Source: Candidatus Bathyarchaeota archaeon (GTDB lineage Archaea > Thermoproteota > Bathyarchaeia > Bathyarchaeales > Bathycorpusculaceae). From it: DNA of 64,000 nucleotides. Below, in pieces: positions 19,977-29,726 of this stretch (positions are counted from its first letter, which is position 1; each line of letters begins with the position of its first letter). The notes below the pieces were generated by a model that was not told the DNA's origin, made no database searches, and worked only from the letters and a program-made list of their open reading frames with translations. The DNA is taken from positions 128,001 through 192,000 of the forward strand of contig CAVYXJ010000012.1 in NCBI GenBank assembly GCA_963772455.1, written 5' to 3'. A program made the position numbers and the translations under genes.

Positions 19977-20330
19977 TCATTGTTCCTGAAGTGGTTTTTT
20001 GTTCAATGTTTTTTGCATAGCCTCGGCAACGATGAATAAGCCAACTAGCACGATCACTGTTGGAATGAATGGCATTGCAAATCCAACTATTCCGGCACCG
20101 CTTAATGATAGGGCAAGTAGGCCTATGAAGAGACTGAATTTGCTTACGCTGATTCCTGTGGTCCATCTGGCAAAGTTTAGAACTATCAATATCAAGCCAG
20201 CTCCAAGTGCAATGTAAATTCCAGTGTCAATTTGGTAGTAAGTGGATGTTATCCATCCAGCGCCAAGTAGGACAATGAATACTCCCCATGCTATTGGATC
20301 AAAGATTTTGTTTTTTGCTGATTTTTCCAT
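19977..20330 (-). CDS. Hypothetical 4-TM membrane protein
   Basis: GAGGAGGTGA RBS; four TM helices (IAWGVFIVLLG...). Confidence 0.8.
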   Translation of the reverse strand: MEKSAKNKIFDPIAWGVFIVLLGAGWITSTYYQIDTGIYIALGAGLILIVLNFARWTTGISVSKFSLFIGLLALSLSGAGIVGFAMPFIPTVIVLVGLFIVAEAMQKTLNKKPLQEQ

Positions 20331-20372
20331 TCTTTTTCACCTCCTCATCATTATATTTTTTTTTAATTTTTA

Positions 20373-20618
20373 TCAAGTGCATCCGCAGGAGTTCTTGGAT
20401 TCTCCGTCGGCGTCAATTTCTGCTATGCCTGAGGCAAATCTGTCTATTTGAGTTATGGCGTTTTTTCGAACGACTTTTGCAACTCCGATTGCTTCTGCGA
20501 TTTCTTTTTTGTCGGCTCCGCTGTCGAGGGCTTTTTTGATTATGGTTCTAAGGCATGGTTGGCAGTTTGCGACTACGGCTGCTCCGACTGCTATTAGCAA
20601 TTTTGTTTTGGTTTCCAT
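20373..20618 (-). CDS. Carboxymuconolactone decarboxylase/AhpD family protein
   Basis: KTKLLIAVGAAVVANCQPC....A...GA...EI.EA; C-terminal SCGCT. Confidence 0.85.
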   Translation of the reverse strand: METKTKLLIAVGAAVVANCQPCLRTIIKKALDSGADKKEIAEAIGVAKVVRKNAITQIDRFASGIAEIDADGESKNSCGCT

Positions 20619-20631
20619 CTTATTCCTCTGT

Positions 20632-20669
20632 TAGTTTTCTTCTACTTCCTTTTATGGTGGAGAAAACTA
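20632..20669. promoter_or_regulatory. Inverted repeat in the divergent promoter; candidate TrmB-family operator
   Basis: tagttttct-N20-agaaaacta, abutting a TATATAAC box. Confidence 0.45.
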
Positions 20670-20716
20670 TATAACAATTCTCTGACAACTCCTTACCAGA
20701 AGAGAGGAGAAAAACT

Positions 20717-21472
20717 ATGACTATCTCGAAAACCACTTCCAGAGACAGAATGATAGCGCAATTAAAGGAATTGGAACTTTCAACGTACGAAGCCACAGTT
20801 TACGCTGCATTAATCACTCACCCGTCAATGACTGCGAGCGCACTCTGCAAAGAAACAGGCATCCCAGACACAAAAATTTACTACGCGTTAGAGGGACTGA
20901 GCGAAAAAGGAATGCTTACAGTCCGAATAGGCAATCCAAAGATCTACCGTCCTGTACCTCCGAAAGAGGCAATTGCTAACCTTAAACAACGGTTAACAGA
21001 GAGGCTAAATGAGAAACTAAAAGAAGCAGATGTCCTAGTCGACATGATATCGCCCATATTTGAAAGCGCAGAAAAACCCGATGAGTTAGAAGTTGCATAC
21101 ATCATCCGGGGACAAAACAACCTCATAAACCGTATGAAAGCATTAATTGAAACAGCACATAGAGAAGTCACTTTGTTTGTTTCCTATCCAACCCTTTTCC
21201 AAGACCTTAAAATGTCACTTCAGCAAGCACAAGAAAAGCGCAGAATCAAACTTAACATAGCTATGACTGAAGAAATGTTAAAGACTGAAGACTTCAAGGG
21301 TTTAGGTGATGTGCGTCAGCTTTGCTGTCCTGTTACGCTTCTTATCTCAGATCTGAAGACTTTGATAACGGTCTCTGACTGGGTTGAGGAATCTGCTATG
21401 CTTTCGCAAGACCAGAACCTGATTCGAGTAGCAAGAGACTACTATGAAAATTCGATGTGCTATGCTCCTTAG
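20717..21472 (+). CDS. TrmB family transcriptional regulator
   Basis: LKELELSTYEATVYAAL, GIPDTKIYYALEGL.EKG, PKIYRPVPP.EA. Confidence 0.9.
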   Translation: MTISKTTSRDRMIAQLKELELSTYEATVYAALITHPSMTASALCKETGIPDTKIYYALEGLSEKGMLTVRIGNPKIYRPVPPKEAIANLKQRLTERLNEKLKEADVLVDMISPIFESAEKPDELEVAYIIRGQNNLINRMKALIETAHREVTLFVSYPTLFQDLKMSLQQAQEKRRIKLNIAMTEEMLKTEDFKGLGDVRQLCCPVTLLISDLKTLITVSDWVEESAMLSQDQNLIRVARDYYENSMCYAP

Positions 21473-21564
21473 AAAACGATTGTGAAGCATGTTTCTTTTC
21501 AGTTGCTGTTAATGCTATATTGCATTAATTTTATATATGTAGAGTTACAAACTTAGCAAAACGT

Positions 21565-22020
21565 ATGTTGTCAAATAAAGAATTGGTTCAAAAAGCAGTC
21601 AATGACTTCCAAAGTGGATTCAATTGTACTCAAAGCATACTCCTAACGTTATATGGAAATATGCTGCCAGAGGGAAAAAGCGATCTGATTCCAAAAATAG
21701 CCAGTGGGTTTGGGGGCGGCATGGGACTCTGTGGATCGGTTTGCGGGTCGTTAACTGGAACTATTATGGCGATTGGAATCAAATATGGTTCTAACGAAAA
21801 AGGTGAGGAAAAAAACATGCCAGCTTATGCCAAGGCTAACGCGCTTTATCGGTTGTTTGAAAAGCAACATGGCACTGTTCTTTGTCGTGAGCTAATCAAA
21901 TATGACCTTACCAAGCCTGAAGAGTTGGAAAAGGCAAGACAAGAAGGCGTTTTTAATAGAGTATGCACAAATTTGGTCAGAACTGCTGTGGAAAATTATC
22001 TTGAATTGGAAAATAAATAG
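21565..22020 (+). CDS. C_GCAxxG_C_C family putative redox protein
   Basis: GFNCTQS, GFGGGMG..G.VCGSLTG, F....GTVLCREL, C...V. Confidence 0.9.
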   Translation: MLSNKELVQKAVNDFQSGFNCTQSILLTLYGNMLPEGKSDLIPKIASGFGGGMGLCGSVCGSLTGTIMAIGIKYGSNEKGEEKNMPAYAKANALYRLFEKQHGTVLCRELIKYDLTKPEELEKARQEGVFNRVCTNLVRTAVENYLELENK

Positions 22021-22119
22021 CTTTGAGATTTGCATTATAATAGAGGGGCTGGGAGTTAATTTTTAATGTGCGCATATTATTAATATTGTAACAGCCTAAC
22101 CTTACTGGTGTGAGCACCT

Positions 22120-22449
22120 TTGCTCTTTGGACATAAAAACAGATTCCAAGTAGACTTTGGCGATTTACAAAACGAAAAAGAAGGCTTATCAAACTTTTTG
22201 CAATCAAACCTCAAAGTATCCGTTGCCTCAGATGAAAACAAATTGATTGTGAATTCAGAAAAGTTGTCTGTGCTGGAATTGCAGCAAGCAGTGGCAAAAT
22301 ATGTTTATCGCCATAACTTGAGCAGGACTCACTGGGTCTCTGTGCAAGATAAAACCGTTAAAATCAATAGGTTCAAAGGCGCTAAGAAAAAAGAAAAACC
22401 CAAGAAAAGCACACCTCATCAAAACGTTACACAAAGCTGGGGACTATAA
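22120..22449 (+). CDS. Ribosomal protein eL22 (L22e)-like protein
   Basis: F.VD......L.NFL...LKV......KLIV.S.KLS...L...V.KY.YRH.L....V.......I.RF follows the eL22 pattern. Confidence 0.6.
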   Translation: MLFGHKNRFQVDFGDLQNEKEGLSNFLQSNLKVSVASDENKLIVNSEKLSVLELQQAVAKYVYRHNLSRTHWVSVQDKTVKINRFKGAKKKEKPKKSTPHQNVTQSWGL

Positions 22450-22473
22450 AATGCATCGTTAAGTAAGCAAAGA

Positions 22474-23025
22474 TTATTTGTGGTTTGTCGGTGGCTTTTC
22501 GCTTAATTCAAGGAACTTTTCCATTGAGTATTCTACGATTTCCCGAGCCACTTGAGCATCTTTCCATTCTCTAACCTTAACCCATTTATGGGGCTCAAGT
22601 CGTTTGTAAGTTTCAAAGAATTCTTGAATCTCTATTAATCGGTGTTTGTTGACATCGGTTATGTCATGGTAGCCTTCGAATCGAACATCGTTAACCAGTA
22701 CGGATAGAATTTTGGCGTCTAGCCCTTCTTCATCTTCGATTATTAGGGCACCTATAACTCGGACTTTAACAATGCAACCGACTGTAAGAGGTGCGTAGCT
22801 GAGTAGCATAATATCTAAGGGGTCCTCATCATCAGACCATGTCTGTGGAACAAACCCGTACTCAACTGGAAACACCACTGATGAAGGAATAATTCTATCC
22901 AGTATGAAGGCTTCCCATTTTATGCCGTATTCGTATTTATCTCGCGAGCCACTTGCAACTTCAATAACCATATTTAAAAGCCCAGGTGGATTATCTCCCG
23001 CTGGGATATCTCTCCAAAAATTCAT
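22474..23025 (-). CDS. ppa: Family I inorganic pyrophosphatase
   Basis: IEV..GSR.KYE, LDR, YGFVPQT.SDD.DPLD, DEEG.DAKIL, FFETYK.LE. Confidence 0.96.
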   Translation of the reverse strand: MNFWRDIPAGDNPPGLLNMVIEVASGSRDKYEYGIKWEAFILDRIIPSSVVFPVEYGFVPQTWSDDEDPLDIMLLSYAPLTVGCIVKVRVIGALIIEDEEGLDAKILSVLVNDVRFEGYHDITDVNKHRLIEIQEFFETYKRLEPHKWVKVREWKDAQVAREIVEYSMEKFLELSEKPPTNHK

Positions 23026-23296
23026 AACTTGTCAACCTTTTATTAGGCAACGCTGTCAACGATTTAAATTTTCGCCGATTTTCTTTAACTTTAATGGTGA
23101 TCTCAAAGAATAAAGGAAGTTAAGATTACTAAAAATATTTTTCAATTAGACAATGCCGTCAATTAATCGTGAGATAAGAGAACTCTTGAATAGAGGGTGA
23201 TGGGGATGTTGTTGGATTAACTGTTGGTTGGTTGGATTGAATTTTAATCCTTCACCTGTCCACCTTAATCTTATATGCTAAGCAGTCAATAATAAA

Positions 23297-23848
23297 TTGG
23301 CGACAAAATTGCTTAAATCAAAAGCAATAAGCAAGAAGCACATTATTGCCGTTATCTCAATTGCAATTGTTCTTGCAACAATCTTATCTGTTTTTGCAAT
23401 TGAACAACTTGCAAGCCAAGGTCAAGTTACAAATCAAAACAACATCTTACAACCAGATGCATTAAGTCCTTTAAATGAGACTCCTGCAGCTACCGAGGAA
23501 CCTACACCAACTCCGACACCCTCGGCTATTCCGACGCCAACGCCTATACCCATTCCAGTTGATTTCACAATTAACGATTCCTCTCACATACTCACTGTCA
23601 ATATTGACTTGAACGATGGAATGAATAGGGAAGAAGCTATAGTGGTAGCCCAGCAACTGTTTTCTTACGCACATTCACATTCTACTTATGAGCTTAAATC
23701 AGCAGAAGTTAATGAAGCAGGGGTTTGGAGTGTTAGTCTTCCATGGGGAATAGTTTGGGCTGATGGCACTCAAGAGAGCCACAGTCACTTCTTTATCGCC
23801 ACAATAGACCCAACGACTCTAACCGTCGAATACGCCACATGCGAATGA
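23297..23848 (+). CDS. Anchored surface protein with P/T linker and PepSY-like C-terminal domain
   Basis: N-terminal TM, PTPTP, MNREEAIVVA...WSV......IDP.T.TV. Confidence 0.7.
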   Translation: MATKLLKSKAISKKHIIAVISIAIVLATILSVFAIEQLASQGQVTNQNNILQPDALSPLNETPAATEEPTPTPTPSAIPTPTPIPIPVDFTINDSSHILTVNIDLNDGMNREEAIVVAQQLFSYAHSHSTYELKSAEVNEAGVWSVSLPWGIVWADGTQESHSHFFIATIDPTTLTVEYATCE

Positions 23849-23916
23849 GATTAAACGTACCCTTCACCAAGTAAATTAGCCTTCACTTGTCCACTAAATT
23901 ATTTTTCACAAAAAAA

Positions 23917-24066
23917 TTATTCTGTTTTATTTTTAGATTCCAATTTATTATTCGAAGGTACTTTGTTTTCTGGTATTAGAGCATCTGGATTCTTAGCTTT
24001 TCTTTTCAAATAAGCCGCATACTGTTCAGGCGTAAAGTCTTTCCTAAACTCATGGTCTTTACCCAA
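23917..24066 (-). CDS. 49-aa basic microprotein (not in ORF track)
   Basis: AGGTGA RBS + TTG; MGKDHEFRKDFTPEQYAAYLKRKAKNPDALIPENKVPSNNKLESKNKTE. Confidence 0.55.
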   Translation of the reverse strand: MGKDHEFRKDFTPEQYAAYLKRKAKNPDALIPENKVPSNNKLESKNKTE

Positions 24067-24256
24067 ATTTTTTCACCTATTTCTATTCGCTAATTTTTCA
24101 GGGAGATGATGGATTAAATTTTAATTTAGCCTGCGAAGTTACGGGTTTACGAAATTTCAGTTTAACCCTAACTAATTAAGAATAAGTTGTAAGAACATAA
24201 ATGACCTTCGGGATTCCAGCCCCATTTGTGAGATTCACCAAGGTAATGTTATTTGC

Positions 24257-27200
24257 CTAAGAAACGATTTGATAATTTTCTTTTCCATTCTTGTTAAGTT
24301 TAGGAATAGACATTACAAATTTTACTCCTTTGCCTGGTTCTCCCTCTTCAGTTATGTTCCAACCGTAGATATCTATCATTTTTTTGGTCAGGAATAATCC
24401 AAAGCCCGTGCTGCCACCAGTGCTAAATCCCTCAGAGAAAAGCTTCAACTTATTCTCCGCTGAGATGCCTACACCGTCATCTTCATAAGTCAACATCAAG
24501 TTGCCCTGGTCAGTTTTTTTGTAGTGTACTTTTATTGTGGTGGTTTTTTGTCCATATTTTCTTGTGTTATCAATAAAATTGTAGAACATTTGCCTCAGAA
24601 AAGAATCAGCCAACACTATTAATCCATGGCATTCATTTTTTATCTTTGGACATGAACCCGAGAAGAGCGTGGCTGCTTCGTTTAGCTTTGCCTCAACATT
24701 CATGTAGGATAATTCTTCTGCTCCTAGTTGTTCGTACATTTTTGCGAAATCAAAGATTCTAACAGTTTCCTTAACGGCTTGCTCCATCTTGTTAAGTCCC
24801 TCAACAACATCTGCTTGGTCGAGATGCTTTTTCTTTAGCATATAGGCATATCCTGTAATTGTTGAAAGTTTATTGCGAACATCATGTCTAGTTAAACTGC
24901 CAACGACGCTCAACTTTTCGTTAACCAAAACCAACTGATCCATTGTCTGGTCCAATTTTTCTTCAGCTTTTTTGCGGTCAGTGACATCTTGAATGGTTGT
25001 TCGCAGAAAACTCTTTGTCCCAATCTTAAATTTTGATACATTCAAAATAACGTCTACAACAATGTTGTTTTTGTCTTTAAAACGAGTAAAGAATTCAGAG
25101 ACAATACCGTCTCGTTTGAGGGCTTCAAGCAGCGTTTTTCTATCTTGAGGGTTTTCATATAGATTAACAGAAGAAGTCTTGTTCAACTCTTCAAAAGAGT
25201 AGCCAGTAAGGGTTTGCATAGCCCTGTTCGCATCAACTATGGATCCTTCTAAGGTTGTTATGGCAACAGGGAGGGGCGCTTGTTCAAAGAGCGATCGATA
25301 ACGCTCTTCACTCTCCTGCAATTCCAGTTTAGTTTTCTTCTGTTCAGTAATATCTGTATTGTAACCGCTCCAAAGAATGCTGCCGTCTTCTAATCTTTCT
25401 GGAGTAGACTGCCCCCACATCCAACGTATTTCTTGACCTGGAAGTTGTACACGATATTCACACCGCCAAACAGTCATGTTTGCTGCAGAATACTCAATGG
25501 AACGAACAACTAGGTCTAAATCTTCTGAGACTATTGCTTTGGCAATTGGGGAAAAATCGTTTTGAACATCTTGTGGAGAACAACCAAAAATGTGGTTTAT
25601 TCCATCAGATGTTAATGGAACACAGTATGTTCCGTTTGGTCGTTTCAAAAATTGAAAAAGCATTCCTGGAGTTTGAGAGGCAAGTTTTGTAAATCGAAAG
25701 TCTTTTTCTCGTAACGCATCTTCATTTTTCTTACGTTCTGAGACGTCTTGAACCATTGAAAGGACACCAATTACTGTGCCGTCTTCTTTTTTGAGTGGAG
25801 TGTTTGACCATTCGCATAAGATGGTCCGGCCGTTTTTAGTTAAATTTTCGTTAGCACTATTTGCAGTTACGTCCCCTTTGATTAATCTACTCCAAATCCC
25901 GTCAACTTGGGGTTGGGCTTGTTTTGGTACAATCAAGTCGTAGGGATGTTTTCCGACTGCTTCTTGTTGCGTGAAACCAAATATTCTCTCGGCTGAAGGA
26001 TTCCATGTTTTAACGCGAAACTCACTGTCCCAAACAATTAATCCAACAGGCATCCGATCAATTTGCAATTGGAGATATTCTTGGAGCTTGCTGACTTGGT
26101 CTTTATTTTGTCTGCAGGATTCTGTTGGTTTCTTTGTCTCTGTAATACTTCTTGAGATATGGGTTGCTTGAATTATTTTGCCTTCAACGTTTCTAATTGG
26201 GTACACCGAAACTTCAACTAATAATTCATTGTTATTTTTGTCAAAGTGTTTGTGTTCAACCTTGACTGGTTTACCGGTTTCTAGCATTTCATGAACAGGG
26301 CAAATATCATTCGGAGGTAGACAAGGAACGGATTTATGATGCGTCATTGCGTAGCATGTTTTCCCAGTCAATTCTACTTTACTAAAGCCTGTTTGTTTCA
26401 ATGCCGCAACATTGGCATCGACTATCCTGAAATCATTAACATCAATTACAAAAAGCACCTCACCTACCGAGTTAATTACGCTCTCACTAAACTCCTTCGA
26501 AAACTTCAAATCATCTTCGGCTTTTTTGCGTTCAGTTACATCTCTGACGAGAGCAATAACCAATTTTTCTTTATCAAAAGATATAGTGCTCAAAGTTACC
26601 TCTATTGGAAATCTGCTTTTGTCCTTACGTATTTGGGTACTCTGCAGATTGATAGTGTTCCCTGCAAGCACTTTAGACCATATGTCACCCACAAGTTTTT
26701 GATCTTCTGCCCTAACGGATATGTCTTTAATACTTCTTGCGAGCAGCTCTTCTCTTGTGTACTGTAAATTTTTGCATGCTTGCTGATTTACATCTAATAT
26801 TTTGCCTTTTTCATCGTGGATAAAAATTGCTTCGGCTGCCTGATTCATAAGCGTAAAATAACGTTTTTCACTCGCCTCTAAGGCTGATTTTGCTTTTGTT
26901 TTTTCTGTGATCAAGTTAATACCGTGTACGAGTTCTCCATAGACGGTTTCGGGTGAGCCTTGCTTGTGGAAGTAACCCTCTGCGCCCAGATTGAGCGCAG
27001 TTACAGCTACATCTTCTCTGCCTTTGCCAGTAAACAAAATAAATGGAACCATGTTTTTGCGTTTTCTAAGTTCCCGTAGAAAATCTAATCCGTTCTTCAT
27101 GGGCATATCATAATCAGAAACTACCAAATCATAGTGCCCATCTGCTAATTTGCCAAGACCCTCATCTACACAGCTAGCCTGATCGATCTCCAAGCTACCG

Positions 27201-27364
27201 TTCAAATCCAGAAGCATTAACTTTGTTATCTCTTGGATCGATGGGTCATCGTCAACATGTAATAATCTAATAATGCTTTTTTTGTTTGAAGCAGTTAACT
27301 CAGGTACTTCTACAACTATTTCATTCTGGGTGAGAGTTTGTATTAACAATGCCCCGCAACTCAA
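24257..27364 (-). CDS. Hybrid REC-multi-PAS-histidine kinase
   Basis: LHVDDD, VSDYDMP..NGL, FTGKGRE; five PAS/PAC units; RHDVRNKL H-box; DDGVGI, GTGFGL-like G boxes. Confidence 0.93.
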   Translation of the reverse strand: MSCGALLIQTLTQNEIVVEVPELTASNKKSIIRLLHVDDDPSIQEITKLMLLDLNGSLEIDQASCVDEGLGKLADGHYDLVVSDYDMPMKNGLDFLRELRKRKNMVPFILFTGKGREDVAVTALNLGAEGYFHKQGSPETVYGELVHGINLITEKTKAKSALEASEKRYFTLMNQAAEAIFIHDEKGKILDVNQQACKNLQYTREELLARSIKDISVRAEDQKLVGDIWSKVLAGNTINLQSTQIRKDKSRFPIEVTLSTISFDKEKLVIALVRDVTERKKAEDDLKFSKEFSESVINSVGEVLFVIDVNDFRIVDANVAALKQTGFSKVELTGKTCYAMTHHKSVPCLPPNDICPVHEMLETGKPVKVEHKHFDKNNNELLVEVSVYPIRNVEGKIIQATHISRSITETKKPTESCRQNKDQVSKLQEYLQLQIDRMPVGLIVWDSEFRVKTWNPSAERIFGFTQQEAVGKHPYDLIVPKQAQPQVDGIWSRLIKGDVTANSANENLTKNGRTILCEWSNTPLKKEDGTVIGVLSMVQDVSERKKNEDALREKDFRFTKLASQTPGMLFQFLKRPNGTYCVPLTSDGINHIFGCSPQDVQNDFSPIAKAIVSEDLDLVVRSIEYSAANMTVWRCEYRVQLPGQEIRWMWGQSTPERLEDGSILWSGYNTDITEQKKTKLELQESEERYRSLFEQAPLPVAITTLEGSIVDANRAMQTLTGYSFEELNKTSSVNLYENPQDRKTLLEALKRDGIVSEFFTRFKDKNNIVVDVILNVSKFKIGTKSFLRTTIQDVTDRKKAEEKLDQTMDQLVLVNEKLSVVGSLTRHDVRNKLSTITGYAYMLKKKHLDQADVVEGLNKMEQAVKETVRIFDFAKMYEQLGAEELSYMNVEAKLNEAATLFSGSCPKIKNECHGLIVLADSFLRQMFYNFIDNTRKYGQKTTTIKVHYKKTDQGNLMLTYEDDGVGISAENKLKLFSEGFSTGGSTGFGLFLTKKMIDIYGWNITEEGEPGKGVKFVMSIPKLNKNGKENYQIVS

Positions 27365-27897
27365 ACAAATGTTGTAATTAATAATAAATCAATTATGAAT
27401 CCAAAATACTGAGCATTATATGCTAAAAATATAATGATGTGAAAAGGGATAGTCTTGATGAATATCACTACCTCTGATGCATCACAACTATTGCAGTGTA
27501 CCTGTCCCTCGAGAGAGTCGGATAATTTACCTATTCCCCCAAGTGGGACTTTGGTTTTAATATATTTCTCCACGGAAGTAAGGTTTAATTTCATTTAGTT
27601 TACCGAAGAAGAATGGGCTTCGGTAGATTAACAATGACTTCAGAATCACTCTCTGCACCTTTTAGTTTTCTAAGAAAATAAACCCGTCTTTTTGCTGGTT
27701 GAATTTTAATCCACCACCACCACTTCAACGTGAGGTAGCAGTTAGAACAAAGGAGGTATAAGCGTTCATACCTACATTGTTTAGCCCCAAACACGACTTA
27801 GACAAAAGGCATAGAGGTTAGTCAAGAAACTTTGTCCAGCTTAGATGAGGAATATGTACAAGAAGCCTTTTATTGAAACTCTTTCTAAGATTCACTT

Positions 27898-28758
27898 ATG
27901 GGTAGCTTAGGTAAAAATTACCCTTTAATGCTTGTCTTCTTATTCCTAATTAATTTGTTGCTGTTACCTTTTGTGGTTCCTAATGTGGAATGTCAAACTG
28001 ATTTTCCGATTGTTCAGACATCAGCCCATCTTATCGATTATAACCTAACTCTGCGTAATCCAAAACCCAATGCTACATTCACAAACGTTATACCATTAGA
28101 CTATAGCTTGAAAATCAACTCCAACGTTTCTCTCTTAGGGAATCCATTAGGTTTGTCAGTATCTTACAGAGTAGATAACAACTCAGAAATCATTCTAATT
28201 GGAGGAGACCAGTATATTTATGAATTCATTGATGTTACCTATCTAAAAAATGGCATACATCAACTAACACTTTTAGCTCAGTTTAATTATTTATACAATA
28301 ACACTATTTTCCACAATAAACAAGAACTAACAACTACCTATTTTTCAATCTTCAACAAACCAGCAACAATCCATATTCTAAGTCCTCAAAACAACATCTA
28401 TTTCACTAATAATATTCCCTTAACATTTGAGATCGGAAATCCCTCAAGCTATGGATATCAACATTATCCATTGTATAGGCAAGGCTACAGTTTAGATGGC
28501 GGAAATAATGAACCACAAAATGTAAACGATACTTTGACAGGATTAGCTGATGGTTTTCACACCATAACATTTTATGTTGAAATTGGAAACGCTACTCGCA
28601 GTTCTACTACAGTATCTTTTTTGGTAGGTGCCACTCCATTTAGTTTAATTCTAATAATTACAGCAATTGCATTAGTGGCATCTATAGTGCTTATTCCATT
28701 ACTGCTTTACAGAAGGCATCGAAAGCCCGCATCATTGAATAAAGTAGCCATAAACTAA
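27898..28758 (+). CDS. Surface protein with Ig-like repeats and C-terminal TM anchor
   Basis: Signal peptide; ILSPQN..Y, GYSLDG, L.DG.H; TPF + TM + RRHRK. Confidence 0.82.
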   Translation: MGSLGKNYPLMLVFLFLINLLLLPFVVPNVECQTDFPIVQTSAHLIDYNLTLRNPKPNATFTNVIPLDYSLKINSNVSLLGNPLGLSVSYRVDNNSEIILIGGDQYIYEFIDVTYLKNGIHQLTLLAQFNYLYNNTIFHNKQELTTTYFSIFNKPATIHILSPQNNIYFTNNIPLTFEIGNPSSYGYQHYPLYRQGYSLDGGNNEPQNVNDTLTGLADGFHTITFYVEIGNATRSSTTVSFLVGATPFSLILIITAIALVASIVLIPLLLYRRHRKPASLNKVAIN

Positions 28759-28811
28759 AATCTAAATGAAAAGCTTGATAAACTTAACTTTATGCGTTTT
28801 TTACGAATAGG

Positions 28812-28889
28812 CTATTGAATTGACTTTTTGTTTTTAAGAAACCTCTTAGCGTAATAGTTAGCCTCTTTTTCTTCTGTACTCAGAGGCAT
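28812..28889 (-). CDS. 25-aa basic micropeptide (not in ORF track)
   Basis: MPLSTEEKEANYYAKRFLKNKKSIQ*. Confidence 0.3.
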   Translation of the reverse strand: MPLSTEEKEANYYAKRFLKNKKSIQ

Positions 28890-29188
28890 CTCTGAGCTCT
28901 TAATTCAACAAGGTGAGGGTACAGTTCATGCAAAACTATCTGCTTTCTTAACGTTCTTTTTGAAGCATGCGGTATTTCTTAGGTAGGAACCCCCAAGGAA
29001 TTTTGCCTACTTTTTTGCCATTCAAAACTATCTTCATTTTCCTAACTTCATAATGATCCGTCAGAAAATTAACGGCTTTTTGACACCCTTCAAGTTCGTA
29101 TATAATTAGAAATCTTTCTCGCACTTTCAGTGAGGGAAGCTTCAGGCTTAGCGGAATCGAAGAATACTTTTGAGCCTTTTTTATGTTT

Positions 29189-29413
29189 TCATTTATCCAC
29201 TCTTATTGTTCCCTGTGGCTTTCCTGATTTGTATGAATACCATCCATATACGAATAAGAAAAGTGCTACAATCAAAATTCCTATTCCCAATGGAACATTA
29301 TAGCTTGTTGAAACAAAATTTAAGAATCCTAAAAGGATTACAATTCCAAAAATAGCTAAAAGAACTGCTAAAATTTCAAGCAATGCGCCGCCAATGAATC
29401 TTCCAAAACCCAA
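29189..29413 (-). CDS. Small 2-TM membrane protein
   Basis: GGTGA RBS; two TM helices. Confidence 0.7.
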   Translation of the reverse strand: MGFGRFIGGALLEILAVLLAIFGIVILLGFLNFVSTSYNVPLGIGILIVALFLFVYGWYSYKSGKPQGTIRVDK

Positions 29414-29726
29414 ACCTTTTCACCGATAACTCTAGCTATTTATCTCTTTAAATTGTTTGCTGTTTTGTCACAATATAATCTTTTCAAAATTGACGAGTCT
29501 AACGGAAATCGATATTTGAATATGTTAACCACCTAAAACTCTTCTAAAATAGATAAAAAAGAAGATACTCGAGATACATAGCCAAACTACAAAAGTTATA
29601 TTAAACACAATGCACCTAAATTCTGAATTAGTAACAAATTAAAATCTCATAATTTGCGAAAGAACTCGCAAAATGCGATTAACATAATCAATTAAATTTA
29701 AACTTACAAATAGGAAGTGCATATTT

